A stretch of DNA of 32,000 nucleotides from Candidatus Saccharimonadota bacterium (GCF_000973505.1 NZ_CP010048.1:60001-92000), one strand, 5' to 3'. Shown: positions 9,333-18,395, counted from the stretch's first letter. Notes: generated by a model from the sequence alone, not told the origin. A program made the numbers and translations.

Positions 9333-10160
9333 ATGTTAGATTTGTATTTGTTGGTTATTTCTTTTATTTTAGGGATGGTGGAAGGTTTAACAGAGTTTTT
9401 GCCTATTTCTTCTTCATTACATATGAATTTTGTCGGTGAATTATTAGGATTTAGTGATGATAAAGTGGGGATTGTATTGAATGTTGTTATTCAATTAGGT
9501 GCGGTGTTATCTATTGTATTTGTTTTTTGGAAAAGTTTTTTCGTTGTATTCATTAAGAGAGTATGTTTTGGTAATTTTGGATTTTTTAGTGGGTCATTTT
9601 TATCGTGTGGTCATATTATTTTGGGAGTTTTGCCTACTGTAGTATTAGGTTTAATATTTTATGAGAACGTTAAGAATGTATTTAAAATACAATATATGAT
9701 TTATTTTTTGATTTTAGGAGGTGTGCTTTTATTAATAGCTGAATGGTTTACACGTGAGTTTTATGTTTTGGATCATATTTCTAACATTGATGATTTAAGT
9801 TATTTGCAAGCTTTTGTCATTGGGTGTTTTCAGTGTTTGTCATTATGCCCGGGATTTTCTCGTTCCGGAGTTACGATCAGTGGTGGATTGATGGTAGGTT
9901 TAAATCGTTATGTAGCATCAACATTTTCTTTTGTGTTGGCAGTTCCAATGATATTTAGTGCTACAGTGTTAGTTTTATATAAAAATTTTTATTTTATTAC
10001 TTGGGAATATTTTCCTGTGTTGGTTATTGGTTTTTTAAGTTCGTTTTTTACATCTTTATTTACAGTTAAATTTTTTATGGAAATTATTCGATGTGTTTCT
10101 TTTGTTCCGTTTGCTGTATATCGTTTTATTGTAGCTATTGTTCTTTGTTTGTTTTATTAA
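9333..10160 (+). CDS. uppP: undecaprenyl-diphosphate phosphatase UppP (BacA)
   Basis: BacA motifs are present: GMVEGLTEFLPISSS, PGFSRSG, and the C-terminal FVPFAVYRFIVA. The track ORF starts at a TTG at 9297. ATG 9333 aligns with the E. coli N-terminus. Confidence 0.94.
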   Translation: MLDLYLLVISFILGMVEGLTEFLPISSSLHMNFVGELLGFSDDKVGIVLNVVIQLGAVLSIVFVFWKSFFVVFIKRVCFGNFGFFSGSFLSCGHIILGVLPTVVLGLIFYENVKNVFKIQYMIYFLILGGVLLLIAEWFTREFYVLDHISNIDDLSYLQAFVIGCFQCLSLCPGFSRSGVTISGGLMVGLNRYVASTFSFVLAVPMIFSATVLVLYKNFYFITWEYFPVLVIGFLSSFFTSLFTVKFFMEIIRCVSFVPFAVYRFIVAIVLCLFY

Positions 10161-10188
10161 TTTATTTGTTTTATTAATTTATTTTTGT

Positions 10189-11418
10189 TTATTTTGATTT
10201 ATATGTTTTTTTCGGTAAAATTTTCCAGTGGTATAGAGCATGTTCTCGTCTTAAACTTAGTTCTTGTTTAATTGCTGTTTTTTCATATCCGTCCTGGATT
10301 ATTTTTGTAACACATACTGATTTTGTGATTAAGAATGCCTGATGTAAAAAATATTCTTGTGGAAATTGTTGTTTATTGTTATAACCTTGAATGTTAGCTT
10401 TTATAGTAAGTATTATTTGTTCTAATTTTTTTGGTTGTCGCCAGAGATTGAAGGAGTGAAATAGGTTTATTATTGTTTTTGGTGGGATATTTTCTATGTT
10501 TTGTAATAATGTGTGATATTTAGCGATTTGTTTTGAAAATGCACACAAGTGGTTTTCTATTTTAAATCGGCGACAAAGATTTTCAATTATTTTTGTTCCA
10601 ATTTCTTCGTGTTTATTATGGTAGGGCCATTGGTTTCTTGGTGTTTCACCTTTTCCTATATCATGGCAGAGTGTGGCGAATCGTACTGTAATGTCGTTAC
10701 TTAGTTTTCCAGATGCTTTAAGAGCCATCATGGTATGAGTACCTGTATCAATATTGCTATATGTTTTTGATGATGGTATGCAAAACAATTTATTTATTTC
10801 AGGAAATAGTATTTTTAATGCATGACATTTTTGTAATACTAGAAAATATACTTCTGGATTTTTTGTCATTAAAGCTTTTTTTGTTTCTGTCCATATTCTT
10901 TCTGGAGGTAAAAATAATAGTTCTGGACTCATTTCCTTCATGAGTTTCAAAGTATCTGTAGCTATGCAAAAATGCATGTGGAAAAGTTTAGCGGCAAATC
11001 TAGCAACACGTAATACACGTAGTGGATCTTCTTTAAAAAGAACGGAAACATGTCTCAATATTCGTAGTTTCATATCTCGTTGTCCATTATATGGGTCAAT
11101 GATATTTCCATATTTATCACGAGCGATAGCGTTAATTGTTAAATCTCTTCGATATAGATCTTCTTTTAATGTAATTTTTGGGGATGCATTACAGATAAAA
11201 CCAGTATATCCATGTCCAGTTTTTTTTTCTGTTCTGGCTAGTGCATGTTCTTCATGGCTAATAGGGTGTAAAAATACTGGGAAATTTTTTCCAACTTGTT
11301 CGTATCCTATTTTTAACATTTCTTGAGGTGTGGTGCCTACTACTACCCAATCTTTTTCTTTAATTGGTAATTGTAACAAACTATCTCGTACTGCTCCTCC
11401 TACTAAATATTTTTTCAT
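10189..11418 (-). CDS. cca: multifunctional CCA-adding tRNA nucleotidyltransferase
   Basis: The 409 aa product begins MKKYLVGGAVRDSLLQLPIKEKDWVVVG... and contains RRDLTINA and EDPLRVLRVARFAA. A C-terminal HD domain is present (LCHDIGKG). It is colinear with E. coli Cca. Confidence 0.95.
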   Translation of the reverse strand: MKKYLVGGAVRDSLLQLPIKEKDWVVVGTTPQEMLKIGYEQVGKNFPVFLHPISHEEHALARTEKKTGHGYTGFICNASPKITLKEDLYRRDLTINAIARDKYGNIIDPYNGQRDMKLRILRHVSVLFKEDPLRVLRVARFAAKLFHMHFCIATDTLKLMKEMSPELLFLPPERIWTETKKALMTKNPEVYFLVLQKCHALKILFPEINKLFCIPSSKTYSNIDTGTHTMMALKASGKLSNDITVRFATLCHDIGKGETPRNQWPYHNKHEEIGTKIIENLCRRFKIENHLCAFSKQIAKYHTLLQNIENIPPKTIINLFHSFNLWRQPKKLEQIILTIKANIQGYNNKQQFPQEYFLHQAFLITKSVCVTKIIQDGYEKTAIKQELSLRREHALYHWKILPKKTYKSK

Positions 11419-12012
11419 TTTTTATTTACTACAAAAGAAATTTATGAGTTATGTTTATAATTATATTTTGGTTTTTAATTTTTGATAATAAATTATTATA
11501 AAAAAACTTTAGTAAAAGTGTTATGATTTTCGTTTTTTATTATTATGTGTTATTAAAAATATATATTTTGTTATTGTTAGATGTTATGTTTGATGTGTTT
11601 TGATTAGATATAGTGCATAATGAATATTGTTATGTATATTTATATTATAGTGCATATTGTTATGTATATATATGACAATATACTATAGACATCAGTCATG
11701 ATTAAGACCGTTATTTATTAAAATAGTATGTGAGATTTTTATCATTTTTTATCATGATGATGTTTATTAATAATTAACGTATTCGAAATGTTGTGTGTTT
11801 ATTGTTTAATTTTTAAATATTAAAAGTAAATAATAATAATTAGATTGTGTAATGATTGTGGGATTATATAGTAATATGTTATTTCTTTGCAATTCTGTAA
11901 TGACAATTGTCATAATGTTTTAATGTTTTATGTAATTAAAATGGTATTTATTTTGTGAATTTTTATATTTAATTTTTTGATTACTTGATTATTTTTAATT
12001 GTGGAGTTTATA

Positions 12013-13452
12013 GTGAATTTTATTTTTCCTGATTTTTCACAATCTCGTGTTTTGGTGATAGGAGATGTGATGTTAGATCGGTATTATTTTGGGGATACCC
12101 CACGTATTTCATCGGAAGCTCCAGTAGTTGTGGTTAATGTTGATCGTATTGAAGAGTGTCCTGGAGGGGCAGCTAATGTAGCCATGAATGTTGCTGCTTT
12201 AGGTGCAAAGGTAAAATTGATTAGTGTAGTTGGTGTTGATGATACCTCAAAAATTCTTGCAAGAAAGTTAAGTTTATTTAATGTAGATTATAGTTTTATT
12301 TATAATGATAATTATCTTACAACTATTAAGTTGCGAGTGTTGTCACATCATCAACAATTGATTAGATTAGATTTTGAAAAAAAGTTTAGAAATAGTGATA
12401 TTTTGTCTTTTATTGAATATATTAAATTAGCATTGTTATCTGTAAACGTGTTAGTTATATCAGATTATGCTAAAGGTTTACTAAATGGTTGTTTGGAAGA
12501 CATTATTGCTATAGCTCATGAGTTTTCTGTGCCAGTAATAGTAGATCCCAAGGGTTCAGATTTTTCTAAATATTCAGGGGCTACTTTGTTAACTCCAAAT
12601 TTATTAGAATTTGAACATGCGTTAGGTTGTTGTTATAACCGTGAAGATGTTTTAATTACTCGGGGTATGGAGATTATTTTACAGTGTCGATTGTCGGCTA
12701 TGTTAATTACTCGTTCTGAAAATGGAATGTTGTTATTACAACGAGGAAGAGAACCGTTGTATTTTTCAGCTAGAGCTAAAAAGGTGTATAATGTTACTGG
12801 TGCAGGTGATACAGTAATAGCTACATTAGCTGCTTCTATGTCTGTTGGTAAAAGTTTGGAGGAAGCTTGTTTTTTAGCTAATGTTGCGGCTGGTCTTGTG
12901 GTTGAAAAATCAGGTACTTCTGTTATTAATTTATCTGAATTAAAAAGTGTAATTAATGGTCATGTGGATATTGTTTTTGGTGTTTTGAGTGAAGATGATT
13001 TATTAAGAAATGTGGATTTAGCGCGTCAGCGAGGAGAAAAGATAGTTATGACGAATGGTGTATTTGATATTTTACATTCTGGTCATGTCACTTATTTATC
13101 GAAAGCTAAGCGTTTAGGAGATAGATTAATTGTAGCTGTAAATAGTGATTCCTCTACTAAGCGTTTAAAAGGTATAAATAGGCCAATTAATTCTTTAGAG
13201 AAGCGCATGGTTGTTTTGTCCGCATTAAGTGTTGTAGATTGGGTTGTTTCTTTTAATGAAGATAGTCCGAAGCGATTAATTGGAAGTTTGTTGCCTGATG
13301 TTTTAGTAAAAGGAGGGGATTACCAGTTTTGTGAGATAGATGGAAGTCAGGAAGTGATGGCTAATGGTGGTCAAGTGTATACATTAGATTTTGAATTAAA
13401 TTGTTCAAGTAGTAAAATGATTGATGTTTTGCAACAATCGAAAGATAAATAA
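12013..13452 (+). CDS. hldE: bifunctional D-beta-D-heptose 7-phosphate kinase / heptose 1-phosphate adenylyltransferase HldE (RfaE)
   Basis: It has a ribokinase-like N-domain (VTGAGDTVIATLA) and a cytidylyltransferase C-domain (MTNGVFDILHSGHVTYL, VAVNSDSSTKRLKG). GGAG lies 6 nt upstream of GTG 12013, and that start aligns with residue 1 of E. coli HldE. The in-frame GTG at 12001 (track start) is the alternative. Confidence 0.94.
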   Translation: MNFIFPDFSQSRVLVIGDVMLDRYYFGDTPRISSEAPVVVVNVDRIEECPGGAANVAMNVAALGAKVKLISVVGVDDTSKILARKLSLFNVDYSFIYNDNYLTTIKLRVLSHHQQLIRLDFEKKFRNSDILSFIEYIKLALLSVNVLVISDYAKGLLNGCLEDIIAIAHEFSVPVIVDPKGSDFSKYSGATLLTPNLLEFEHALGCCYNREDVLITRGMEIILQCRLSAMLITRSENGMLLLQRGREPLYFSARAKKVYNVTGAGDTVIATLAASMSVGKSLEEACFLANVAAGLVVEKSGTSVINLSELKSVINGHVDIVFGVLSEDDLLRNVDLARQRGEKIVMTNGVFDILHSGHVTYLSKAKRLGDRLIVAVNSDSSTKRLKGINRPINSLEKRMVVLSALSVVDWVVSFNEDSPKRLIGSLLPDVLVKGGDYQFCEIDGSQEVMANGGQVYTLDFELNCSSSKMIDVLQQSKDK

Positions 13453-14593
13453 AATTTTAACTATTAGTTGGTATTATATAGTATAGTATTATTATATAGT
13501 ATGTATTGATTAGTAAAAGATTTTAAAATTTTTTGTTGTGTATTTTGTTTAGAAGTTTTGATTTATGTATATTGGATATTATATTTTAAGATTTTTTATG
13601 TCCATATAATTTTTTATGTTTTGAATTAGATGTATGTTTTATTTGTTTTGCATGTATAATTTGTTCAGAACATTTTATTATTTATATTAAGAAATATTAT
13701 AAGTATTTAAATGTAAATTGTTGTATAAGAATGATGATATATTTTTGGTTTTTTGGTGTTTTTGTTAGAAGATATTGTATAAATAATATGTTTAAGAGTG
13801 TTTTTTGAGTTTAGCCAATTATTTTATTGATAGAATATCTTTAAAGGGTGTTTATTATTTTTGAGTGATAGTGCATTAATAGATAATTAATAATGATAAA
13901 TAAGTAAGATAAATAAAAAATAAGATAAATAAATTAAGTAGATGTGTGTGGATTTTAATGAGAGATATGTATTTTAATTAATTATTTAGGAACATATTAG
14001 GGAAGTGATTTATTTTTTTTAATTAGAGGTTGTTTTTTTATTAATTGAATGTAGTGGTGATGCTGTAGTGTAAATATTATCAAACAGATTTTATTGTTAT
14101 GGTTAAAGATATTGTTGGTGTAGTGTTGTAGTTTTTGTGTGGGTTAGGTCAATAACTTGTGTATTATCAAAAACTTTATAATTTAAAAAATGATTTGTAT
14201 AATAATATTATTTGTGTCCTGTGTGAAATAAGATTTTTGGTGTTTGTGTCCATATTATATGGTGGTTTATTTTGGGTAATTTAATTTAATGTTGATTGTT
14301 TTAATTAGTTAAAAATTATTTGATATATTATTATGTGAAAGAGGTTGATAAAGAGGGGTGTAGTATGTCATGTGTGGATATGGAAAATTTATGTATATTT
14401 TGAGTATAATGATCGTAATAATTCAATGATTTATTGATTTAGCATGTTTTTTTTATATAGCATTTAATTGTGGTTATTTGTTTTATTTGTTTTTTCGTTT
14501 AGTGGTATTTTATTTTTTTGATACATTTTCGTTTAGTGAATTATTACGGTGAAAGTGTATTGTTTGGGAATTTTATATGATAATGGAGAGGTT

Positions 14594-15325
14594 ATGCTTG
14601 CTGTTGTTCGAATGTTTTTAGTTGTAACTATATCTATTATTATTTGTATATTTGGTGTTATTTATTGTTTATTTAATCCGAGAGATCCGTCTCATGTTTC
14701 TTTTTTTGGGCGTTTATTTGGATGTATGGCTCCTATTTTTGGTATTCAGGTAGAAATTCGTCAATTATTGTTTACAGCTATTCCAAAAAATTGTATCTAT
14801 GTTGCCAATCATCAAAATAATTATGATATGGTAACTGTAGCATATGTAGTACAACCACGAACAATAACAGTTGGGAAAAGAAGTTTATTGTGGATACCGT
14901 TATTTGGTTTATTATATTGGTTAAGTGGTAATTTGTTGATTAATCGTAGTAACAGTATTAAATCTCATCGAATGTTATATCGAATTATTCAAAATATTAA
15001 AAAATATGATATTTCAGTTTGTATATTTCCTGAAGGGACTCGTAGTCGAGGAAGAGGGTTGTTGCCTTTCAAAAAAGGTGCTTTTTATGCAGCTATTTCT
15101 GCTGGGGTACCAATAGTTCCAATTTGTGTTTCTAATCTTAGTGGGGATAAGATACGTTTAAATCGTTGGTCTAATGGATCGGTCATTATTGAAATTTTAC
15201 CTCCTATAGAAACTACGAATTATACTATCAAAGAAGTAGATATAGTAACTGATAATTGTTATATATTGATGAAAAATAAAATTGAGGAGCTAAATCAAGA
15301 AGTGATGTTACGTGATTCTTGCTAG
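14594..15325 (+). CDS. plsC: 1-acyl-sn-glycerol-3-phosphate acyltransferase PlsC
   Basis: Acyltransferase motifs NHQNNYD and FPEGTRSRGRGLLPFKKGAF are present. ATG 14594, preceded by GGAGAG, gives MLAVVRMFLVV..IFGVIYCLFNPRDP, matching E. coli MLYIFRLIITV..VFGSIYCLFSPRNP. The track ORF begins at an upstream GTG (14549). Confidence 0.93.
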   Translation: MLAVVRMFLVVTISIIICIFGVIYCLFNPRDPSHVSFFGRLFGCMAPIFGIQVEIRQLLFTAIPKNCIYVANHQNNYDMVTVAYVVQPRTITVGKRSLLWIPLFGLLYWLSGNLLINRSNSIKSHRMLYRIIQNIKKYDISVCIFPEGTRSRGRGLLPFKKGAFYAAISAGVPIVPICVSNLSGDKIRLNRWSNGSVIIEILPPIETTNYTIKEVDIVTDNCYILMKNKIEELNQEVMLRDSC

Positions 15326-15477
15326 TTTATAATAAATAATATAGACTTATTTTATAGGTTTATTTAATATAATGGAATGTAGTTTAATAATATTATTGAA
15401 TTATTGTAAAATTTTTTAAGTTAAGACAAAATATATGATTTTTATCGATTTTACATAAATATTATTATGTGGTTTTA

Positions 15478-16662
15478 TTACAATATTCTTTTAAAGGCAT
15501 TGTCGAGATCATAAATTAAGTCGTCAACATTTTCTAGTCCAATGTGTAGTCGAATTAATGTTCCTGTAAAATCTAGTTTAATATTTTTACGTATTTTTTG
15601 TAGTTCTTCAACTTGATAGGCAAGAATTAATGATTCAAATCCGCCCCAAGAATATGCTATTTGAAAATGTTGAAAATTATTAATATAATTATCTAATTGT
15701 TGATTGTTTAAACGTTTTTTTAGTATAAATGAAAATAGTCCACATGATCCAGTGAAGTCTCTTGTAAAATATTCATGTCCTGTGCAACTTGGTAAAGCTG
15801 GATGATTAACTCGTGCAACTTGCGGGTGTGAGGAAAGCCAGCGAGCTACCATTAATCCATTTTTTTCATGTTGTTTTAGTCTTGTGTATAATGTACGTAA
15901 TCCTCGTGTTGCTAAATAGGCGGTGTCGGGATCAATTGTTTGTCCCATTAAATAAGAATGTTCGCGTAGTTGTGTCCAACAACGTTGATTGGCTACTGCA
16001 GTACCAATCATAGCATCTGAGTGTCCAATGATATATTTAGTACCTGATTGAATAGAAATGTCAATTCCCATGTCAAGTGGTTTTAAGAATACTCCGGCAG
16101 ACCAAGTGTTGTCTAATAGAATGATAATATTAGGATTTTTATAGCGTATTGAGTTTATAATAGTTGGAATATCTTCTATTTCCATAGTTATGGATCCTGG
16201 GGATTCTAATAGAATTAATCGTGTGTTATTTTGTATTAATGTGTTAATTTTATCGCCAATTAATGGATTAAACCAAGTTGTTGTGACGTTCATCTTGTGT
16301 AGTAAATATTGGCAAAAGTTTTGGGTAGGTTCGTATGCAGAATTTGTTATTAAAATATGATCTCCTGCTGATATAAATGAGAGGATACTGTGGGTAATTG
16401 CTGCTGTACCACATGGATATAATGCACAACCGAATCCATTTTCTAATTTAAGCATTGCTTTTTGTAATGAAAAGTGTGTTAATGTACCTTTTCGACCATA
16501 GAATAATTCATAATTGTTGTTATTTTTACTGGCCTGGTTTTTGTGATGGATAGAGTCAAATATTATTGATGATGTGCGTTGTACAATAGGATTTATGGCA
16601 CCTTGGGTATATTTTTTTTTCCTTCCAGCTTTGACTAATATTGTTTCTATATTTTTTTCCAT
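15478..16662 (-). CDS. metC: cystathionine beta-lyase MetC (PLP-dependent)
   Basis: The 394 aa product is colinear with E. coli MetC. Matching stretches include [47 protein letters not shown] (PLP-lysine context), [13 protein letters not shown] and [19 protein letters not shown]. Confidence 0.92.
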   Translation of the reverse strand: MEKNIETILVKAGRKKKYTQGAINPIVQRTSSIIFDSIHHKNQASKNNNNYELFYGRKGTLTHFSLQKAMLKLENGFGCALYPCGTAAITHSILSFISAGDHILITNSAYEPTQNFCQYLLHKMNVTTTWFNPLIGDKINTLIQNNTRLILLESPGSITMEIEDIPTIINSIRYKNPNIIILLDNTWSAGVFLKPLDMGIDISIQSGTKYIIGHSDAMIGTAVANQRCWTQLREHSYLMGQTIDPDTAYLATRGLRTLYTRLKQHEKNGLMVARWLSSHPQVARVNHPALPSCTGHEYFTRDFTGSCGLFSFILKKRLNNQQLDNYINNFQHFQIAYSWGGFESLILAYQVEELQKIRKNIKLDFTGTLIRLHIGLENVDDLIYDLDNAFKRIL

Positions 16663-17112
16663 AATAATGATTTGTATTGTTTTGAGTTGATTTTTTTATT
16701 AGTTGTATAGTTATAGTTTCGCAATCATCTGTTGTTTGTTTTTTAATTTTTTTGTTTAATTTCTATATTATAATTTATTTTGTTAATTAGTAAATAACTG
16801 TTACTACGACGGATTTAAATTGTGTTTATATTTTTTGTGTTTACTTTTATGTGTTGGTAGTATTTGTTTGGTTTTTGAATGTTATGTTGTTGGTAGATAT
16901 GGAAAAGGATGATATATCAACAAGCAGGATTGTGTGTGAGATATATTATGATTTTGATTTTTTGGTTTAGTTTATTATTATGATAATGGTTTTGTTATTA
17001 TTTATTTGAGAGAAATTTTGTTTCTTGGGTAAGGATTTTTGATAAAAATTGGGAGGTACATTATAAATAAGTTAATGAAAAAAATATGAATGGTAGGGAT
17101 AGTTTTCTTTAT

Positions 17113-17134
17113 TTAAGTTAAGATTAAGTTAAGA
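17113..17134. repeat. perfect head-to-tail duplication, 11 bp x2 (TTAAGTTAAGA)
   Basis: Read directly from the sequence: ...atTTAAGTTAAGATTAAGTTAAGAagg... in the metC/tRNA-Phe spacer. Confidence 0.85.
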
Positions 17135-17185
17135 AGGAAATAGATACTAATGTTTTTTAATTGACGTGGTTTTTTATTGTGACTA

Positions 17186-17258
17186 TGCCCGGACTTGGAA
17201 TCGAACCAAGGACACGAAGATCTTCAATCTTCTGCTCTACCTACTGAGCTATCCGGGC
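17186..17258 (-). tRNA. pheU: tRNA-Phe (anticodon GAA), no encoded 3' CCA
   Basis: The reverse complement is GCCCGGATAGCTCAGTAGGTAGAGCAGAAGATTGAAGATCTTCGTGTCCTTGGTTCGATTCCAAGTCCGGGCA. The acceptor, D and T arms are nearly identical to E. coli tRNA-Phe, and the anticodon loop is TTGAAGA. Its position near cutA matches E. coli pheU. Confidence 0.95.
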
Positions 17259-17561
17259 TTAAGGTGTTTTTGTATTTTATTGTAATTGTCCACTGTTAGC
17301 TATATTATATTACAATGACTATATTCGATTTATTACATCATTATCAATATAAATATAAATATAATTTGATAAATTAAGCTCATTTAGTTAGTTAATTACA
17401 GTTATAGTTAGTTAATTAAAATTAACTAGTAACTAGTTAGTTTAGATTGAATAAATTTATTCAGAATATTGTAATATATTTTCAGATATATTACAAAATT
17501 TATTGATATTCAGGATCCATCGAGATTTTGGCGCGGTATTAATTTTACGGTTCAAGTTAAC

Positions 17562-17579
17562 TTATGTTTATGTTTATGT
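17562..17579. repeat. hexanucleotide microsatellite TTATGT x3 (followed by a degenerate fourth unit)
   Basis: Read directly from the sequence: cTTATGTTTATGTTTATGTttattt. Confidence 0.7.
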
Positions 17580-17592
17580 TTATTTATTATTT

Positions 17593-17624
17593 ATGTTGTT
17601 ATGTTTTAATGTTGTTATGTTTTA
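17593..17624. repeat. perfect head-to-tail duplication, 16 bp x2 (ATGTTGTTATGTTTTA)
   Basis: Read directly from the sequence, downstream of the cutA stop: ttATGTTGTTATGTTTTAATGTTGTTATGTTTTAattaat. Confidence 0.88.
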
Positions 17625-17744
17625 ATTAATTGGTTTTTTGTGTTAAATTTTTTTTAGAAAATACGTGTAATAATAGTAAAGTGATTATTAAATGTTATTA
17701 GTATTATTAGTACGAGTAATATATTCCGTAGTGTAATTTTAGTG

Positions 17745-18113
17745 TTAATTTAACAAATTATAGATCCATAGTAGATAATTTGGTTCTCCGTTAGTGATTT
17801 TCAATGTTAGCAATTCTGGAATTTGATATGGATGTTTAGTTTTTATGTATTGAAAGACGGATTGTTCTAATGTTGCACATGTTTTGATGATTAGCTGTAT
17901 TTCTTCTTGTTTTTGTATTTGATTCTCCCAATAGTATATGGAATGTGTGTTAGGTAGTATAGTTACGCACGCAGCTAGTTTATTTGTTATTAATGTTTTT
18001 GCGATGGAGAGATGTGTGGATTTGTTATCATTTGGTACAGTACAGATGATAATAATGGTGTTTTTTATTAAAATGTTATGATTGATTTTTTTTTGGAGTG
18101 GTGTAATATTCAT
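17745..18113 (-). CDS. cutA: divalent-cation tolerance protein CutA
   Basis: The 122 aa product contains ...IIICTVPNDNKSTHLSIAKTLITNKLAACVTILPNTHSIYYWENQ...KHPYQIPELLTLKITNG..YLLWI. It is colinear with E. coli CutA (VVLCTAPDE...[21 protein letters not shown]...HHPYQTPELLVLPV). Confidence 0.9.
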   Translation of the reverse strand: MNITPLQKKINHNILIKNTIIIICTVPNDNKSTHLSIAKTLITNKLAACVTILPNTHSIYYWENQIQKQEEIQLIIKTCATLEQSVFQYIKTKHPYQIPELLTLKITNGEPNYLLWIYNLLN

Positions 18114-18270
18114 CGTTGTCTTGTGGTTTGTGGTTTTTTTTAGTGAATTTTGATTATAAAATTTAAAATTTATATATTGTGTTATCGTGCATTATGTAAT
18201 GTTATTGCAATTTGAAGTATAGATCAAGTCTTTAAAATAGTTTTAATGAATGGTTTTTAGATAGTTTTGT

Positions 18271-18292
18271 TTGGAGTATTTTTGGAGTATTT
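18271..18292. repeat. perfect head-to-tail duplication, 11 bp x2 (TTGGAGTATTT)
   Basis: Read directly from the sequence in the cutA/groES spacer: gtTTGGAGTATTTTTGGAGTATTTtatttgg. Confidence 0.85.
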
Positions 18293-18363
18293 TATTTGGT
18301 TTTGGTGTGTTTAAAGTAATTTAATGTAACATTTGCAGAAAAGATTAAAATACAACTACAATA

Positions 18364-18395
18364 AAAGTTACATAATAAAAAAGTTACATAATAAA
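18364..18395. repeat. perfect head-to-tail duplication, 16 bp x2 (AAAGTTACATAATAAA)
   Basis: Read directly from the sequence in the cutA/groES spacer: ataAAAGTTACATAATAAAAAAGTTACATAATAAAatatc. Confidence 0.88.

Noticed and set aside
10761-11326. 60 aa and 128 aa plus-strand ORFs inside cca. The same kind of antisense ORFs occur inside rsmI (109-291), rpoD (2367-2585, 3448-3675), dnaG (4858-5049), plsY (7839-8042), folB (9005-9241), metC (15813-16013), groES (18801-19013), groEL (19780-20112), orn (26687-26929) and hflK (31739-31933).
   Set aside because: Each lies fully within, or (9005-9241) mostly within, a gene with strong homology on the opposite strand. None has a recognisable motif or a ribosome-binding site. 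I treat them as compositional artefacts.
11900-11913. Perfect 14 bp palindrome ATGACAATTGTCAT about 100 bp upstream of hldE
   Set aside because: By the same rough estimate, several such palindromes are expected by chance in this window. There is no second copy or flanking structure to support an operator.
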